Positions 1-8,765 of a DNA stretch of 64,000 nucleotides are shown in pieces (the first letter of the stretch is position 1; each line of letters begins with the position of its first letter). The notes beneath the pieces are model-generated. The model was not told the origin of the DNA, did no database searches, and saw only the letters and a program-made list of their open reading frames with translations. Where the stretch lies: the NCBI GenBank assembly GCA_038144595.1, contig JAYQOB010000008.1, positions 151,871 through 215,870 on the forward strand, read 5' to 3'. A program made the translations under genes and the position numbers. The stretch comes from Candidatus Poseidoniales archaeon. Lineage in GTDB: Archaea > Thermoplasmatota > Poseidoniia > Poseidoniales > Poseidoniaceae.

Positions 1-159
1 GTTGCGATCGGTGGGCTCAAGGGCGTTGTCGATGATGCGGTTGTAAAAGCCAAAGAAGCCGAGCGCGTGTTCGGCCATGCCTTGGGCGACCTCGGCGTCC
101 ATGTCAAGGTCAATGTGCTGTTGAATCGCCTTTGTCAGTTCTGCAAGTGTCATGCCCAT
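1..159 (-). CDS. partial hypothetical protein (N-terminal 53 aa, MGMTLAELTKAIQQHIDLDMDAEV...); the gene continues beyond the window start
   Basis: Open frame on the minus strand from ATG at ~157-159 to the window edge. A GGAGG Shine-Dalgarno-like motif sits 6 nt upstream. No family recognised. Confidence 0.3.
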   Translation of the reverse strand, partial: MGMTLAELTKAIQQHIDLDMDAEVAQGMAEHALGFFGFYNRIIDNALEPTDRN

Positions 160-337
160 CGTCTCGCCTCCGAACTCGGGAAACCGGGTGTTTTCGGTCC
201 CCGTTGCTATATTATATTGGTCACCGACCCATATTAAGTGTTCCATGTCTTTTCATGAAATCGGTCCTTTGAACCCGAAAATCGGGGTCCTGCCCTCATC
301 GGCAGGATGATGAAGGTGGCGATGACCGAGTCAAATC

Positions 338-1355
338 ATGTCGGAGGACTTTGAGGAAGGGGCGTTTCTCGGCCTGCCTCGCGGTCAAGGGTCCAGCCGA
401 TGTTGCCGTGGTCCCCCTCGCCTACGAGTTGACGACCTCGTACGGAATCGGCGCTTGCGATGGACCGCAGGCCTGCGTTGAGGCCAGCGGCCAGGTTGAG
501 TTGTACGACGACCGACTGGGCGACGACCTTCCGGCCGGCCTCGTCATTTCAACCGAGCCCGTTTGGGAGGGAACTGCCCCGACACTGCGAGCACAGTTGG
601 ACGAACTGGCGGCGCACGCTGTTTCGTTCTACAGCGGCGACCTGTTTCCCCTGTTTTTGGGAGGTGAGCACGGCATTCTGCCGCCCATCATGCACGCTGC
701 TCGCCATCATCCGGGCGTCAACGGCGACCTGTCAAGCCTGTCAGTGGTGCAACTCGATGCTCACGCTGACCTGCGAAGTTCCCTTGACGACGAGGTGTTC
801 TCCCATGCTTGCGCAGCCGCTCGCAGCCTTGATGTGGGCGTGGGTCAACTGGTGCAGGCAGGCATCCGTGCCTACAGTTTGGAGGAAGCCGAGCGGATTC
901 GTAACGATGAGCGCATCACGACATTCTTTGCTCGAGACACCCAGCATCCCCACACCGGTGGAGCAGTGTGGCAAGCGTGGCTTGACCAACTTTCATCGTT
1001 GTCCGGTCCCGTTCATTTCACGCTCGACATTGACGGACTGGACGGTGCTCTTGTGCCCGCGACGGGCACCCCTGTGCCGGGTGGGCTGAGTTACTGGCAA
1101 GCGGTAGAAACCATTGAGACACTCTTCGCCAATCCCAACGTCGTGGTGATCAGTGCCGATGTGAACGAAATCGTAGCCCAACAGGACACGCCGCTGACCC
1201 AGTTCACGGCGGCGGGTCTTGCCACCAAGATCATCGCCAGCCACGTGCTCGCACGCCGGGAAGGACGCTGGGTGGCCCGCTCCTCACCTTCGCCCCATTC
1301 CACCGATGAAACATATTTCCAGCGGTTTGTGCCGAGCGTTCCTTCGGCACCTTGA
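338..1355 (+). CDS. speB: agmatinase / arginase-family ureohydrolase; the N-terminus is in another frame (apparent 1-nt insertion near 370-375)
   Basis: Ureohydrolase motifs GGEHGI, DAHADL and DIDGLD in ORF 351..1355. The frame starting at ATG 338 encodes MSEDFEEGAFLGLP, matching the agmatinase N-terminus (E. coli SpeB NAFGFLRLP). Removing one C near 373 joins the frames as GAFLGLPAVKGPADVAVVPL. Confidence 0.75.
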
Positions 1356-1363
1356 AATAGGCC

Positions 1364-1777
1364 ATGGTGAGGCAGGGCGCAGGTGAGTTCATGACGGTCA
1401 ACCCTCCCCAAGGGGCCCACGTGTTCCTCGATTATGTCAACGCCTTTTTCGAAGGTGAAGATGACTATCAGTGGCTCTTTTCCACCATGCGAGAAGCGGT
1501 CGCTCAAAGTCCAGCCACCGAAGTCCATGCCCACCTCGCCCCGTTTGATGGAAGCACTTCGCCACCGGGGTTCGCCGCCGTGGTGCTCATTGACGAGAGT
1601 CATATCACGGCCCACTGCTACGCTGACCGAGGCCTGCTGGCCGTGGATTGCTTCACCTGCGGCGACACCGACCCCGAATTCATCGCCACCTACCTCGACG
1701 AGCGACTCACGGCGCGGTTTCCGGGCCTGCTGCGAACGCGAAAAGACCGCGTGGACCGGTTTCTGACGGAGGGTTGA
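1364..1777 (+). CDS. speH: pyruvoyl-dependent S-adenosylmethionine decarboxylase proenzyme (SpeH family; may act as arginine decarboxylase in some archaea)
   Basis: VLIDESHITAHCYAD (ES self-cleavage site) and FTCG motifs. Length 137 aa is typical of archaeal and bacterial SpeH. Confidence 0.7.
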   Translation: MVRQGAGEFMTVNPPQGAHVFLDYVNAFFEGEDDYQWLFSTMREAVAQSPATEVHAHLAPFDGSTSPPGFAAVVLIDESHITAHCYADRGLLAVDCFTCGDTDPEFIATYLDERLTARFPGLLRTRKDRVDRFLTEG

Positions 1778-1780
1778 GCG

Positions 1781-2741
1781 ATGTCCATTCGTTCCTTTGT
1801 CGACGAGCACTACCGCCACTTCAACGCGGGGACGGTCGCTCGGGCATCGTCCTCGCTCGTTGAATTTCTCGATGAGGGCGGACGTATTTTTCTGACGCTG
1901 GCCGGTGCGATGAGCACGGCGGAAATTGGGCGCAGCTTGGCCGGCATGATCCGTGCCGGGCACATCGCCGCCATCTCGTGCACGGGGGCGAACCTCGAAG
2001 AGGACGTGTTCAACTTGGTCGCTCACGATGCCTACGTCAAGGTGGCCAATCACGAGGACCTCTCACCGGAAGATGAGGCCGCGTTGCTGGAGCGCAAGTT
2101 GAACCGGGTGACCGACGTGTGCATTCCTGAGGACGCCGCGATTCGTGCCATCGAACATCATCTCATGGGTGTGTGGCGGTCTGCACAGGAGTCCAGTGAA
2201 TCCCTGTTGCCTCACGAACACCTGTATTGCTTGTTGCGCTCGGGGGCGCTCGAAGACACCTACCAAGCCGACCCTCGCCACTCTTGGTTGTTGGCCGCCG
2301 CTGAGGTCAACCTTCCGCTCTATCGTCCCGGGGTGGGAGGATTCTACGCTGGGCAACATCTTTGCTGCTCGTTGTTCAGAAGGGCGCCTTCATCCCGATG
2401 TGGTGCTGAGTGGGACTCACTACATGACGGACCTGATGACGTTCTACCGTTCGTGCACCACGCCCTTGGCGTTTCTTCAGTCCGGTGGGGGCATTGCGGG
2501 GGATTTCCCCATCTGCGTGGTGCCCTTGCTCCACCAAGATTTGAGGGAACAAGACGTGCAACTTTGGTCGTGGTTCTGCCAAATCACGGACGCCACCGCC
2601 TCCTACGGCGGTTACTCTGGCGCACCGCCCAACGAGAAAATCACGTGGGGAAAACTGGGTGTTGCGACGCCGAAGTTCAACATTCAAAGCGATGCAACCA
2701 TCGTGCTGCCCCTCATGTTCGCCTATGTTCTTGACCGCTAG
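1781..2741 (+). CDS. dys: deoxyhypusine synthase, frame-shifted (extra G in the GGGG run at ~2326-2330)
   Basis: N-terminal 180 aa (LAGAMSTAEIG, ISCTGANLEED) are in the frame of ORF 1781. The C-terminal part (PGWEDSTLGNIF..., GGGIAGDF, SGAPPNEKITWGK) is in the frame of ORF 2145..2741. The frames join at ccggggtggg. Confidence 0.8.
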
Positions 2742-2791
2742 GGGCACATCATCCCCAAAGTCTTGAAGGGGAGCAGCACCACCTTCTCACC

Positions 2792-5700
2792 ATGACGAAT
2801 CGAGGAGTGAGCCTCTGCCTTGCGGTTGTTTTGGCGATGTCGTTGGTGCCGGCCTCGGTTCAAGCGGACGAGGTTCCATCGGTGAAGATCACCACGCACT
2901 GGGTCGGAGACGGGCCCACAGCAACCCTTCACGCCTACACCCTGACCTTTTCGGACAACGGAACGTACAGCGTTGACATCGACATGCTCCAGGAACGCAA
3001 TGGCACGGCGCTGGCGACCTCACACAACCTCGCATGGGACAGCATGGACGGTGTACGTACAGCCCTCCTCACGTTTGACACGTCCTTGGCGTGGGGTGAC
3101 GTCATCGATTTGGCCGTCACCATCACGGACCACGACGGGACATCGGGCCTTGACATCACCACGCAGCGCACCTTCACCGTCGGGCAGTGGAATCAACCGA
3201 TGGACGACCATGAAGTCCTCCTTTCCACCTCGTGGGCGATGAGCCAGAACTACACCACCGAAGCCGGTGAGCAGGCGTTTGACCTCTCCTTCACGGGCCA
3301 GGGTTGGCAGGAACGGGTCGGCACCACCCTCTCATCATGGGAACTCGGCAACGGGACCTTCCGAACCGTAGAAACCACGGAAGACGGGACAACGGACATG
3401 GACTTGGTGCTGACTCAACTGTGGAAGAACGAGACCGTCGTCGCGGGACTGCTCACCAGCCAGGTCTTTGATGCTCGAGGCTTTGGAAACCTCCAGACCA
3501 CGGTCATTGACGGCGACATGGTCACGGTCATTGACGCCGATGTGTCGCAGGCACTTCTCAACCGGTCGGTCATCAACGGCGTGGTTGGTGAACACCTTTC
3601 AATCGAGGCCACGGGCTTGCTCAACGTCTCGGAGGATGGCGAGGAGAACAACTCGCTTTCCATTGATGGCGAACTCGCTGTGTTCTTGTTTGAGTACGTC
3701 GACCTTGACGGCGTGCGGTTGCTTCAGCACACTCAGTTTGAAGCGATGGCCGATTTCATCCTGATCGAAGATGGGTCTCGGCTGGACGTTTCGCTGGACG
3801 GCTTTTCCTCCCTTGCACGGTGGGAAAACGGTGTGCGCACGCAGCATTTGGAAGAACTGTACGGAGCCGGCACCTTCGGATTTGCGGACCAGGATGAAAA
3901 TGCTTCATTGCAGGTGAACGGTACCATTCTCGACCTGCACACCAAACTCGAAAACGGTACGACCATCATCGACGACCTCCACGTTGACGGCACCCTTTCG
4001 GGCGACGTGCAGGGCACCTTCGGTGTGGTTCGAACCATCGAAGACACCGGCATGCAAGCCAACGCCACGGGCGAACGCTTCCTCGTGAACGTCATTTTCC
4101 AAGAGTCTTGGTTCAACATCACCGGCATCAACGGCGGGAATTTCTTTGACGGCGCTGGTGTTGGCGCTACGCACAATCAAACATGGGACTACCAAGCCGT
4201 CCAGTCCGATTGGGACAACCGAACGGTTCGTCTCGTTTGGCGAGAAACCGGCCCGGACGCCTCGGAAGGCGAGGATCTCCCGGAACGGAGCCCCATCCAG
4301 CAAAACGCAACGGCACCGGTGGCGGAGGAAAGGCTTGGCAACCTGACGGTCGGTCGAGAAACAGGCCTCATGCCCATCCCGCTGATGAAGGACGACCGCC
4401 TTCGTCTTGCAGGTCAGGAGGGCATCACGCTGACGGTGTCGGCCGGTGACACCCGCATCGATGTCAGGGACGGGCACAACCTCACGGTCATTGAGTGGAC
4501 GGGCGTCTACGAGGGCGCTGGTGAGGCTGGTTTGGCTTCGGGTGCCATGGTGTCCGCCGGGCCGCTGAAAGGCCTGCTGTCCACCGTTCAGCGAACGTTG
4601 TCCGTGCCGTTTGGCGAGGACAGCGAAACCGTTGTGCTGGAGGAAACCCAAACCCTCGAGCGCGTGCTTTCACCGGAAATCGTCAGCGAGGATGACAACA
4701 CGGCCCCCTCCATCGGTGAAGTTCAGTGGCGAGACGGACTTGCCATCGGTGAAGGCGCCATGGTTGCTCATCTCGAAGTGAGCGTCACCGACTTGGAGTG
4801 GAACGTGATCGGCGTGTCCGCCGACCTCTCGTCCCTCGGCCTTGGTGAAATCGAACTCAACGACAGAGGGCTCAATGGCGACGCCGCCATCGGTGATGAC
4901 GTCTACACGGCGTCGGTGATCATTACCGGTCTCGAGGTCGGTGCTCATTCGGTCGGCGTGTCTGCCACGGACAGTTTCGGAGCCACGAGTTCCACCACGG
5001 GTGAACTCGACGTGGGCAACCAGGCCCCGCGAATCATCGGCGTCGAGGTGGTGCCGACCTCCCTTGAGCGTGGTCAATCCGCTGTCATCAACGTTGAGGC
5101 CTACGACGGGCACGGCGTCGATCGGGTCCAGCTCGACCTTCGGGAGTACGGAGGCGAGGTCGTGAACATGACCTCGGAAGACGGTTTGGTTTGGGCGGCC
5201 ATGGTCGAGATGCCCATCGGAATGAATCCGGGTCATCGGTCCATGCTGGTCGTCGCCACCGACGATCTGGGTGCCACCACCCAGCAACGGTTCTCCACGC
5301 CGGTTGACGAGGTTGGAAGCCCCGTGTATGGGCCTCACCACGTCGCATTGGAGGCGGAACTGCCCATCGAAATTCACATCCTCAACGACCGGCCCGTGCT
5401 GGTCAGCGACTCGGTCCGCCTCGACAAAAACCCAGACGAGCCAGCGGTCTACACGATCCAAGCCAGCGACCCCGACGGTGTGGAACGCGTTCAAATCCGG
5501 CTTGGCGTCTTTGCGCCCATCGGTGGTGGCGAATGGGCCATGATGCACGACGACGGCGTGAACGGTGGTGATGAGGTGGCGGGCGACGGCACCTACAGCG
5601 TCCTTCTGTCCGTACGGGGTGGAACACCGCTCGGCACGCACCAAGTCTCGTTGAGGGCGTTTGACGTCTACGGGGAAATGAACACGGGGTCCGCTGTCAT

Positions 5701-5866
5701 TACGCTCGCCGAACCCGATGCTCCGGGCGTCTCCGAGGGTGGCCTCAGTACGATGGTGCTTGGCGGCTTGGGGCTGGTGGTCTTCCTCGGTGCCGTGGTG
5801 ATTCTCTCGTTGATGCTTCGCCGTGGTAGCGGAGGCGAGGGTGGCGACCGGTTCGGCATGCAATGA
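2792..5866 (+). CDS. large secreted/cell-surface protein (1024 aa): N-terminal signal peptide, repeated beta-rich (Ig/cadherin-like) segments, C-terminal TM anchor with a basic tail
   Basis: N-terminus MTNRGVSLCLAVVLAMSLVPASVQA is signal-like. The protein is acidic and rich in D/T/G/V. The C-terminal hydrophobic helix LGGLGLVVFLGAVVILSLML is followed by RRGSGG. Confidence 0.6.
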   Translation: MTNRGVSLCLAVVLAMSLVPASVQADEVPSVKITTHWVGDGPTATLHAYTLTFSDNGTYSVDIDMLQERNGTALATSHNLAWDSMDGVRTALLTFDTSLAWGDVIDLAVTITDHDGTSGLDITTQRTFTVGQWNQPMDDHEVLLSTSWAMSQNYTTEAGEQAFDLSFTGQGWQERVGTTLSSWELGNGTFRTVETTEDGTTDMDLVLTQLWKNETVVAGLLTSQVFDARGFGNLQTTVIDGDMVTVIDADVSQALLNRSVINGVVGEHLSIEATGLLNVSEDGEENNSLSIDGELAVFLFEYVDLDGVRLLQHTQFEAMADFILIEDGSRLDVSLDGFSSLARWENGVRTQHLEELYGAGTFGFADQDENASLQVNGTILDLHTKLENGTTIIDDLHVDGTLSGDVQGTFGVVRTIEDTGMQANATGERFLVNVIFQESWFNITGINGGNFFDGAGVGATHNQTWDYQAVQSDWDNRTVRLVWRETGPDASEGEDLPERSPIQQNATAPVAEERLGNLTVGRETGLMPIPLMKDDRLRLAGQEGITLTVSAGDTRIDVRDGHNLTVIEWTGVYEGAGEAGLASGAMVSAGPLKGLLSTVQRTLSVPFGEDSETVVLEETQTLERVLSPEIVSEDDNTAPSIGEVQWRDGLAIGEGAMVAHLEVSVTDLEWNVIGVSADLSSLGLGEIELNDRGLNGDAAIGDDVYTASVIITGLEVGAHSVGVSATDSFGATSSTTGELDVGNQAPRIIGVEVVPTSLERGQSAVINVEAYDGHGVDRVQLDLREYGGEVVNMTSEDGLVWAAMVEMPIGMNPGHRSMLVVATDDLGATTQQRFSTPVDEVGSPVYGPHHVALEAELPIEIHILNDRPVLVSDSVRLDKNPDEPAVYTIQASDPDGVERVQIRLGVFAPIGGGEWAMMHDDGVNGGDEVAGDGTYSVLLSVRGGTPLGTHQVSLRAFDVYGEMNTGSAVITLAEPDAPGVSEGGLSTMVLGGLGLVVFLGAVVILSLMLRRGSGGEGGDRFGMQ

Positions 5867-5911
5867 CATGGCGCCCTGATGGGGCACTTCCCCAATCGTT
5901 CCTCGCCGACA

Positions 5912-5921
5912 ACCGTTTAAA
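5912..5921 (+). promoter_or_regulatory. archaeal TATA box (gtttaaac) about 26-30 nt upstream of the tRNA-Gly 5' end
   Basis: A/T-rich octamer at the canonical -26 position relative to the tRNA start. Confidence 0.45.
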
Positions 5922-5946
5922 CTCCTTCAAGGTGGGACGGCCACCA

Positions 5947-6018
5947 GCGAGCGTAGTGTAGTGGTTATCACCGGGCGTTGCCAACGCCTGAACCCGGGTT
6001 CGAGTCCCGGCGCTCGCA
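5947..6018 (+). tRNA. tRNA-Gly (anticodon GCC); genomically encoded CCA follows (6019-6021)
   Basis: Manual fold. Acceptor stem gcgagcg/cgctcgc. D-loop agtggtta. Anticodon stem gggcg/cgcct with loop ttGCCaa. T-arm ccggg-ttcgagt-cccgg. Discriminator A. Confidence 0.85.
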
Positions 6019-6092
6019 CCACTGCGAGCCATTACAGGTCAATTTCCTCTCAATGTTTATGGGATGAACGCCCCCAACTCAAGGCGAGAGCC

Positions 6093-6413
6093 ATGAGCGA
6101 CCGCAGAGTGATTTTTGTCGGAAAAAAGCCCCTTCATGCCTATGTCCGAGCCGTGGTCAAAGCCATGGAGGACGGCGACCGAGAAATTCAGTTGGTCGCG
6201 CGCGGCGCTACCATCTCCAGAGCGGTCGACGTCGCAGAAGTGTGCCGACGAAGGAACGGCCACATCGCCCAAGGTTTGCCAGAGGCCGTGAACATTCAGC
6301 ACCTCTCGTGCGAATCGGAAGAGGTCGAGGGTGAGAACGGCATGCGAACCGTGAGCGTGCTCCGCATTGACATGGAAGGCGTGGGCGATGTGCCCGAGCC
6401 TCAAGATTCCTGA
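6093..6413 (+). CDS. albA: DNA/RNA-binding protein Alba
   Basis: MSDRRVIFVGKKPLHAYVRAVVKAMEDG... resembles Alba/Sso10b (VIFVGKKP motif) at ~106 aa. The first ATG after the tRNA was chosen as start. Confidence 0.75.
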   Translation: MSDRRVIFVGKKPLHAYVRAVVKAMEDGDREIQLVARGATISRAVDVAEVCRRRNGHIAQGLPEAVNIQHLSCESEEVEGENGMRTVSVLRIDMEGVGDVPEPQDS

Positions 6414-6772
6414 GCGGCCAACAATTCAAGCCTGCGCTGAATTTCTGCCGCCGTCGCTTCGTACACTTCGTACGCTTGGCCGACCGGGTCTTCGAGTTCC
6501 CAATCCTGGTCGATCTTGATCGCTGGGCAGTGGACACCGCACCCCATGGAGACGACCATGTCAAAATCACTCGGGTTGAAGTTGTCCAGGGATTTCGGGG
6601 TCATCCCCTCCGTGGAGATGCCTCGGCCTTCAAGCAGGGTCACGGCGTGTTTGGCGACCGCTTGGGCAGGATGAGTGCCAGCAGATGCGGCTTCAAGGCC
6701 CATGGATTTGGCCAGTCCTTCGGCCATCTGAGAGCGACAGGAGTTTCCGACACATACGAACAGGACCTTCAT
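6401..6772 (-). CDS. low-molecular-weight protein-tyrosine phosphatase / ArsC-type arsenate reductase family
   Basis: MKVLFVCVGNSCRSQMAEG (CX5R P-loop) and a DP motif. The long ORF 6401..7225 is trimmed to the MKVLFV start. Confidence 0.7.
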   Translation of the reverse strand: MKVLFVCVGNSCRSQMAEGLAKSMGLEAASAGTHPAQAVAKHAVTLLEGRGISTEGMTPKSLDNFNPSDFDMVVSMGCGVHCPAIKIDQDWELEDPVGQAYEVYEATAAEIQRRLELLAAQES

Positions 6773-6825
6773 GCAATCCACAAGCAGACGATGCCATTTA
6801 GACTCTCGCTCCATAGAAGGTTGAT

Positions 6826-7100
6826 GCCTTGACATACCACGGCGTGCACGGCCGCTTGTGTGGCGAGCACTCGGGCTCAACCTGGGCGTGTTCGGGCTCC
6901 TCGTTGGACTCCACATCGTGTTTGCAGCACGCGACATGGACGCCGCCTTTGCCATGGTGGCGGCGCTCATCACCGTCCACGTCCTTGCCTTTGGGCCCAT
7001 CACGGCGCGGGTGGCCTCGCCTGAATCAGTCTTGACATACCACGGCTGGCCGACGCCTTGCACTCCGCCCATCACGGCGTGGGTGGCATCGCCTGAATTG
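6826..7100. repeat. imperfect direct repeats in a 540-bp GC-rich divergent intergenic region
   Basis: cttgacataccacggc occurs at ~6829 and ~7031. gcccatcacggcg[c/t]gggtggc[c/a]tcgcctgaat occurs at ~6994 and ~7068. Confidence 0.6.
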
Positions 7101-7315
7101 CCGACGCCAACACTCCGTCGCCACTTTCGCTGGCGATGGCAACTGGCTTGGCGTGGGCCTACGGGGGGATGGCGTGGTCGCTGCCGGCGCTGGTGGGCGT
7201 GCTCGGAGCCACGTTGGTGGTTCACGGCGCTGCATACCGCCGATGGTCGTCGTGAACTGCGGCATCATTCCCCCTTTGTGGGTGGGTTGAAGTAGGCCAG
7301 TTTGGTGGTTGATGC

Positions 7316-8325
7316 ATGGCGGATTCCCCCGTATCCATCAACACCCCCGGCGGGGCAAACGAAGCACCTGCCGGCCCATCCCCCCAAGAGCAGAAGCAAA
7401 TGGAACAGGCGTATGCTCAGATGAAGCGCAAGATGGCCATGGAGGAAATCGGTCGCAAGATCAAACACAAAATCATGGTCTTGTCCGGCAAAGGCGGCGT
7501 TGGGAAATCCACCGTTTCCACCGGTCTTGCCCTCTCGCTGGCCCAACAAGGCCACACGGTGGGTATCCTCGACATCGATATCACCGGGCCGAACGTTCCC
7601 AAAATGATGGGCCTCGACGGCCGTCGTCTTCACGTCGAAAACAAGCGGATTCATCCTGCTCAAGGCCACCTTGGTGTGAAGGTCATCAGCATGGCTTTCC
7701 TGCTCGAGGACGAAGACACCCCGGTTGTGTGGCGCGGTCCCATCAAGTTGGGCGCCATCCAGCAATTCATCGGTGATGTGGAATGGGGAGAGTTGGACTA
7801 CCTCATCATCGACTTCCCACCCGGCACCTCAGACGAACCGTTGACGGTGGCGCAATCCCTACCCGACATCGACGGCATGGTCATCGTCACTACGCCGCAG
7901 CAAGTGGCGCTGCTCGACAGCCGAAAATCCATCACCTTCTCCGAGTCCCTCAAGGTGCCCGTGCTCGGTGTTGTTGAGAACATGAGCGGGTTCACGGTGA
8001 ACGGCACGACCTCACCAGGGGCCGAGGTGAACATCGCCGCTCCCGGCGGTAAAACGCTTGCCACCACGGCCGACGATGAAGGCAACTTTTCCGGACGCTT
8101 GATATCTTCAAAGAAGGCGGCGGCAAGGAGACGGCAGAAGAATTCGGTGTTCCCTTCCTCGGCGCCCTGCCCTTTGACCCCGGGTTTGTTCGGGGCGGTG
8201 ATGACGGTGTGCATCGGATCGTTTCCGAACCCGAAGGCCCCTCTGCACAGGCCTTCGCAAAGGTCGTGACGGCCATCCAAGACCAACTTTCTGACGGTGC
8301 CGACGGCGGCCTCGAAATCATTTGA
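7316..8325 (+). CDS. apbC: Mrp/NBP35 (ApbC) family Fe-S cluster carrier ATPase, frame-shifted near the TTTT run at ~8087-8090
   Basis: Walker [10 protein letters not shown], the DIDITGPN motif and VENMSGF. The conserved C-terminus [28 protein letters not shown]... is in frame -1 relative to ORF 7316 and ends at ~8325. Confidence 0.8.
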
Positions 8326-8334
8326 GGTGAGCAC

Positions 8335-8688
8335 ATGGCCGACGTCTTGCCCACGCTCAAGAAGCTTGAACGCCGTGCACAGGACATGGTCCTCACCTAC
8401 GACAACGGCACAGACTTCACGGTCACCTACGACGATTTGCGCCATGCCTGCCCTTGCGCCAAGTGCTCGCCCATGCGAAACGAGGACGACACCAGCCGCA
8501 CGCTGCGTCGCCAAATTGAGGCGCTCCCTGCGGAGAAACCCACGGTTCGAACGGTTGGAAAGTACGCCTTGGCGTTCGAATGGAAGCAAGGTTGCTCGAG
8601 CGGAATCTACCGGTTTGAACGGATCTACGACTTGGCCAACCGCCGCGACCCCGACCGAGGCAAGCCCTACGTCCACGGAGCCTGGTGA
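8335..8688 (+). CDS. DUF971 family protein (often associated with or fused to Mrp/ApbC)
   Basis: HACPCAKCSP cysteine motif and WKQGCSSGIYRF. About 117 aa, 10 nt downstream of mrp. Confidence 0.55.
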   Translation: MADVLPTLKKLERRAQDMVLTYDNGTDFTVTYDDLRHACPCAKCSPMRNEDDTSRTLRRQIEALPAEKPTVRTVGKYALAFEWKQGCSSGIYRFERIYDLANRRDPDRGKPYVHGAW

Positions 8689-8765
8689 ACAGAACGCCAT
8701 CCGCGCAGGCCGGATGACGACGCTTTGATGAAGGGACGGCGCGACCCAAAACTGGAGGCCACGCT

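Noticed and set aside
1091-2053. Long antisense ORFs opposite real genes (e.g. 1091..2053-, 3905..4651-, 4670..5887-, 36584..37423-, 37189..38079-, 48774..50024-, 51038..52705-, 55134..56237+, 57933..59006-, 59070..61283-)
   Set aside because: These are shadow ORFs from high GC content. Each lies entirely inside a gene with clear family signatures on the other strand and has Arg/Gly/Ala-rich, stop-avoiding composition without motifs.
6826-7100. CRISPR array
   Set aside because: Only two copies each of two different repeat units with unequal spacing and no regular spacers. No cas genes anywhere in the window.
6858-7295. 145-aa ORF with a hydrophobic N-terminus in the arsC-mrp spacer
   Set aside because: Its sequence is largely the translation of the duplicated DNA segments (GPITARVASPE / PPITAWVASPE), and its C-terminal half is an Arg/Trp-rich non-protein-like string. 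It is more likely non-coding.
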